A DNA stretch of 64,000 nt. Source: the human T2T-CHM13v2.0 reference genome, Homo sapiens. A program made the position numbers and the translations under genes. Location: NCBI RefSeq assembly GCF_009914755.1, contig NC_060931.1; one strand, 5' to 3'. Numbering within the stretch: position 1 is the stretch's first letter; each line of letters starts with the position of its first letter. The notes below the pieces were generated by a model. The model was not told the origin of the DNA, made no database searches, and saw only the letters and a program-made list of their open reading frames with translations. Of this stretch, positions 48,940-64,000 are shown one piece after another.

Positions 48940-49474
48940 CCATCCCATTACTGGGTATATACCCAAAGGATTATAAATCATGCTGCTATAAAGACACATG
49001 CACACGTATGTTTATTGCCACACTATTCACAATAGCAAAGACTTGGAACCAACCCAAATGTCCATCAATGATAGACTGGATTAAGCAAATGTGGTACATA
49101 TACACCATGGAATACTATGCAGCCAAAAAAAGGATGAGTTCATGTCCTTTGTAGGGACATGGATGAAGCTGGAAACCATCATTCTCAGCAAACTATCACA
49201 AGGACAAAAAACCAAACACTGCATGTTCTCACTCATAGATGGGAACTGAACAATGAGAACACATGGACACATGAAGGGGAACACCGGGGCCTGTCATGGG
49301 GTGGGGGGAGGGATAGCATTAGGAGATATACCTAATGTAAATGATGAGTTAATGGGTGCAGCACACCAACATGGCACATGTATACATATGTAACAAATCT
49401 GCACGTTGTGCACATGTACCCTAGAACTTAAAGTATAATTTTAAAAAACAGATGAGAAAAAAGAAGAAAAAAAA
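48940..49474 (+). mobile_element. 5'-truncated L1PA
   Basis: ORF2 C-terminus, 3'UTR, A tail; degenerate TSD agtgtg(ta/cc)gtggttg at 48925-48939 and 49475-49489. Confidence 0.9.
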
Positions 49475-50488
49475 AGTGTGCCGTGGTTGAGTGGAAAATG
49501 ACTCCCCCCAAAGATAAGGAAATTCATTTAAAAAAGGAAAGGCAGCAACATTTAAAGAAACATAAGACATGCTAATTTACTCAAAGTGCATTAGCTTATC
49601 TAAGTCTTAGCATTTCTTATTTTATGAGTTAAAAGTTGTGAATTGCACCAATGCTGCTGGACTGTTCAGTCTGTTAGTGGAAGTTGTCAAAGCAGAAGCC
49701 TAGAAGTCAAATAAAAATGGCAAAACTTATGACTCACTGAAGTTTTTAGTGGTAGTCATTTTTATTTGATACATGCTGCTTAAAAATTAGTTCAGTATAG
49801 AAGAGTCATAAAAATGTATATTACCTACCATTAAGGAGGCAAAATTTGTGTATAATAATCAGTTATTACATTTTCAGAGGCAGGTAAATCACTAGCAGCA
49901 ACATTTTTCTAAACAGAGGTACAGATGTGACCAGATATGCTCTGTTAGGAGAGGAAGGTATTCAGCATTAGTGTAGTATTTGGAAGCTCATTTGCATGTC
50001 CCAATTTATCCTGGTCCAAGAACAAAGAATGAAACAAACTAAGAGTTCATTCATTCCTTCATTCAGAAAATATTGAACTTTAATTTGGGGGGGTGCCTCT
50101 TATATTCCAAGCACTGTCCTGAGCACTGGGACTATGATGATGAATAAAACAAAAAGTCCTTGTCCTCATGAAGAGTACATTCTTATGGGATGACAAAAAT
50201 AGTGAAATACATATATAATATCAGCAGTGAGACATGATGTGAACAAAAAATAAGGCAAGGTAAGAGGAACTAATGAGTGTTGCCAGGTAGAAGGTATCAC
50301 CACTGAACTGCTCCACTATGGCTATCAGACTAAAAGAGTCTACCATTTATAAGACAGCTTACAGGAACCCCTAATTCCAGTTTTACTTCTTTCCTGACTC
50401 TTGAGATCTTTTTTTTCCAGTTAGTCTTATCTTTTAACTGTGTTAATGCTAAATAGCTGATATTAATAGGTTAAAAAAAAAAAAAGTC

Positions 50489-51707
<1,219 letters not shown>

Positions 51708-52013
51708 TCACCTCTCCTTCTTACCTCTTAAAAATGGGCACTAAACTGTTCTCCTCAATGTTATTCACCTTGAAATCCAGTAACTAGATAAACAAATCCT
51801 TTTCTTGTTCTCTCCTTGTCCTTACTTACACAGCCAGGGTGTTCGGCTCAATATCTGCAGTCTCTTCCAGTTCTTAATTTCTGTGAATTCCAAGTTAGAC
51901 CCTCCTTCCTTCAGACAAAAATGCACCCCGCCATTATAGACAGCCAGCAGCCTGCCATTTTAAGTCTTTGTGGACTGTATACATAGACTAAGCTTTGGGC
52001 TCTTTAATTCTAG

Positions 52014-52262
52014 ATGAATGGCTATCAAAGAAGGATCAAAAATGCAACTGAGAAAATGATGGCTCTTGTTGCTGAGCTGTCCATGAAACAAGCCCTAACC
52101 ATTGAACTCCAAAAGGAAGTCAGGGAGAAAGAAGACTTCATCTTCACTTGCAATTCCAGGATAGAAAAAGGTCTGCCACTCAATAAGGAAATTGAGAAAG
52201 AATGGTTGAAAGTCCTTCGAGATGAAGAAATGCACGCCTTGGCCATCGCTGAAAAGTCTCAG
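52014..52262 (+). CDS. CCDC146: CCDC146 coding exon (249 nt, phase 0-0) MNGYQRRIK...AIAEKSQ
   Basis: ttaattctag| acceptor, CAG|gtaggc donor; overlaps ORF 52014..52346. Confidence 0.93.
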
Positions 52263-53373
52263 GTAGGCTTTGGCTCCTGTATTGCATTTCTAAAGGGTGC
52301 CAGCAGGGGTTGCATTCAGGCAACCCACAGTTATCCCACAGTATAAGAAAAATTTCCCCACTCTACCACACACAGTCCCAACAGTCGTTAGAAGTGTATT
52401 TAAGATATTCTATGATAAGTCAAAGTGCAGTAATCCAGAGTGCTACAATACTCACTGAAGAACACTTAGCAAGCACAGGGCCCACCCCATAGCCTTACAT
52501 CCTGGGCTGCTGAGGCTGAACATCATGGCCTTCCACCAGCATAGCAATGACCAGGCTGGCACTGGCCTTGTCCATAAGTCTCCAATCTCTGTCTTGGCAC
52601 CTCTGCTCAGACCACATCTGACTGTTCCATGTTCATCTCCTGTGGCCTCCACAGCATACAGTGAGGCCTCCACCCACATTTTAGGTGCCATGCCTTCTGC
52701 AGATGCTTGATGTACATCATAGGCCCCAGCGCCACCCCTTTCTTTTCCCACCTTAGGCCTCTGGCCTAAGACTAGGTCTATTGCTGACTCCCCCTGCAAG
52801 TTAGATAGCAGATCTTCTGTCTACCCCCATGACCTGTCAGTATTCTTAGACTGGAATTAGGCATCTCTTTCCAAGGAGTCTACATCCTCCAGATGTACAA
52901 CTCACTCAGATTGCCAAGTGGGTATCACCGAAAGGGTCCCTATTTGCTCCTGAACTCAAGACAAAACTGCATTCAGAACACACTAGGAATACCTGAGCAC
53001 AAGTGTAAATTACGTGATTTATAATTTCCACACCACCTGGGACTGTTCCTTTCAGGGCATTCAGATTTTACCTGTGGTGTCCCACTGCCATTTATTAGAG
53101 GGCTTTTCAGTGCAGTAAGTGATTACTCTATTTTCCAGAGGCACAGACAAAATCTTGAAAACGTTGAGGCTCAGGGCAAAGCTGGTGACCATTTTCCTCC
53201 TCTGGTTCCACTTTACTCCTCTACCTCTTCCATTGTAACTTTTGCTCACCAATGACTTACCAAAGGAAATATGTTGCTCTGCCTTTGTCAAAAACAGGGA
53301 AATAATTAGTGCTTGATGACAGATATTGAGGTGGAAACATAGTTAAGACCCACAAAGCAGTCTTTGAAAAACA

Positions 53374-53522
53374 CTAAACTCCAGGATTAATGTGATGCTT
53401 AAGCAATACAGCCCATTCCAATGAGGTGTGGGGGTGTGTGTGTGTGGTGTGATTCCACCCTCCTACCCTAAACCCCAGGAATAATGTGATGCTGAAGCAA
53501 TACAGCCCATGCCAATGAGAGG

Positions 53523-53569
<47 letters not shown>

Positions 53570-53590
53570 TGTGATTCTACCCTCCTACCC
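53374..53590 (+). repeat. Two-copy tandem duplication (94 bp + 123 bp) containing (GT)6 and (GT)21
   Basis: Units start ctaaac(t/c)ccagga at 53374 and 53468. Confidence 0.92.
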
Positions 53591-53724
53591 CTCCCATCCC
53601 TTTGGGGAGTATCAGCTAGCACGGTCAAAGACTGTCCAGACCAGCTGTGTCTTTTGGGACCTAAGGATAAAGTGACTTCACCAGAGTTTTCAGAGAACTG
53701 AAAAGGAAAAATCATTCTTTGCAG

Positions 53725-53928
53725 GAGTTCTTGGAAGCAGATAATCGCCAGCTGCCCAATGGTGTTTACACAACTGCAGAGCAGCGTCCGAATGCCTACA
53801 TCCCAGAAGCAGATGCCACTCTTCCTTTGCCAAAACCTTATGGTGCTTTGGCTCCTTTTAAACCCAGTGAACCTGGAGCCAATATGAGGCACATAAGGAA
53901 ACCTGTTATAAAGCCAGTTGAAATCTGA
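53725..53928 (+). CDS. CCDC146: CCDC146 last coding exon, Pro-rich C-terminus EFLEADNRQ...KPVEI*
   Basis: ttctttgcag| acceptor, TGA at 53926-53928. Confidence 0.94.
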   Translation, partial: EFLEADNRQLPNGVYTTAEQRPNAYIPEADATLPLPKPYGALAPFKPSEPGANMRHIRKPVIKPVEI

Positions 53929-54245
53929 ATATGTGAACAAATCCAGGCCTCTCAAGGAAAAGACTTCAACCAGGCTTCCTTGTACCCACAGGTGAAAAAT
54001 GTGAGCATAATACTTCTAATATTATTGATAAGTAAGGTAACCACAATTAGTCAGCAACAGAGTACAACAGGGTTTCTATTTACCCACCAACTACTATACC
54101 TTTCATGACGTTGAATGGGACATAGAACTGTCCTACATTTATGTCAAAGTATATATTTGAATCGCTTATATTTTCTTTTTCACTCTTTATATTGAGTACA
54201 TTCCAGAAATTTGTAGTAGGCAAGGTGCTATAAAAATGCACTAAA

Positions 54246-54251
54246 AATAAA
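54246..54251 (+). terminator. Polyadenylation signal AATAAA of CCDC146
   Basis: AATAAA about 320 nt after the stop; GU/U-rich element (gtggtctttgtttatt) about 35 nt downstream; second hexamer ATTAAA at 54297. Confidence 0.75.
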
Positions 54252-54479
54252 TCTGTTCTCAATGAAGTACGGAAATGGACACAGTGGTCTTTGTTTATTA
54301 AAGAAAAAACAAATACTGTTCAATATACACACTTTAAAAAGAAAGAATGGCTATTTGAAAAGGAAAATACCTCAAGTATTGCAAAGGCATAACTCACTTT
54401 GTTGAATAAGAAGTAGCACTTAATCTTGGTAAATCTAAATTACATAAAGTAGTGAAGCTTGTCATGGCTTTTTGCATTT

Positions 54480-63715
<9,236 letters not shown>

Positions 63716-64000
63716 TGTAGCATGACGAGCCATAGACAAAACCTCTCAGACACCAAGTTGTAGAAAGAAGGGCTTTATTCAGCTGGGAGCATCGGCAAGC
63801 TACTGCCTTAAAATCCGAGCTCCCTGAATGCACAATTTCTGTCCCTTTTAAGGGCTCACAACACTAAAGATTTCACATGAAAGGGTCGTGATTGATTTGA
63901 GCAAGCAGATGGTACGTGACAGGGGCTGCATGCACCGGTGGTCAGAGAGAAACAGAACAGGGCAGGGAGTTTCACAGTGTTCTTCTATACAATGTCTGGA
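63716..64000 (-). mobile_element. LTR10-like ERV1 LTR, truncated by the window edge, inserted in L1 ORF1
   Basis: tgtagcatgacgagccatagacaaaacctctcagacacc resembles the recalled LTR10 reverse complement. Confidence 0.6.

Noticed and set aside
53374-53955. 193-aa antisense ORF over the last exon, the longest in the track
   Set aside because: It runs through the coding-exon antisense shadow and a (CA)n-derived HT repeat within a tandem duplication; no protein-like features or splice/promoter support

Overview
Human genomic DNA containing the 3' 16 coding exons of CCDC146 (MBO2-related ciliary/flagellar coiled-coil protein) on the + strand. I joined the exons by hand at GT-AG sites into one open frame of 2629 nt (808 to TGA at 53928). 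This matches a 955-aa protein if 239 coding nt lie upstream of the window, making these probably exons 4-19; the protein length and exon numbering are recalled, not looked up. The 3'UTR has AATAAA at 54246. The rest is intronic or downstream repeat sequence: about 25 Alus (one AluYb8), L1 fragments including a nested ~9 kb L1 block after the gene, MaLR/ERVL/ERV1 LTRs, Tigger/MER DNA transposons and microsatellites. Most ORFs in the supplied track are repeat-derived or spurious. I found no convincing new gene system. The most unusual observations are (1) a mosaic segment at 47.25-47.61 kb related to two separate upstream sites, (2) a (GT)16 tract in place of an exon's polypyrimidine tract, (3) two TE-derived candidate recursive splice sites, (4) an Alu whose poly(A) tail appears micro-inverted and whose target site was reused, (5) a sense MLT2A LTR with a splice donor upstream of an ATG-starting exon, and (6) no phase-1 introns. 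Repeat family names come from recalled consensus sequences and repeat boundaries are approximate.
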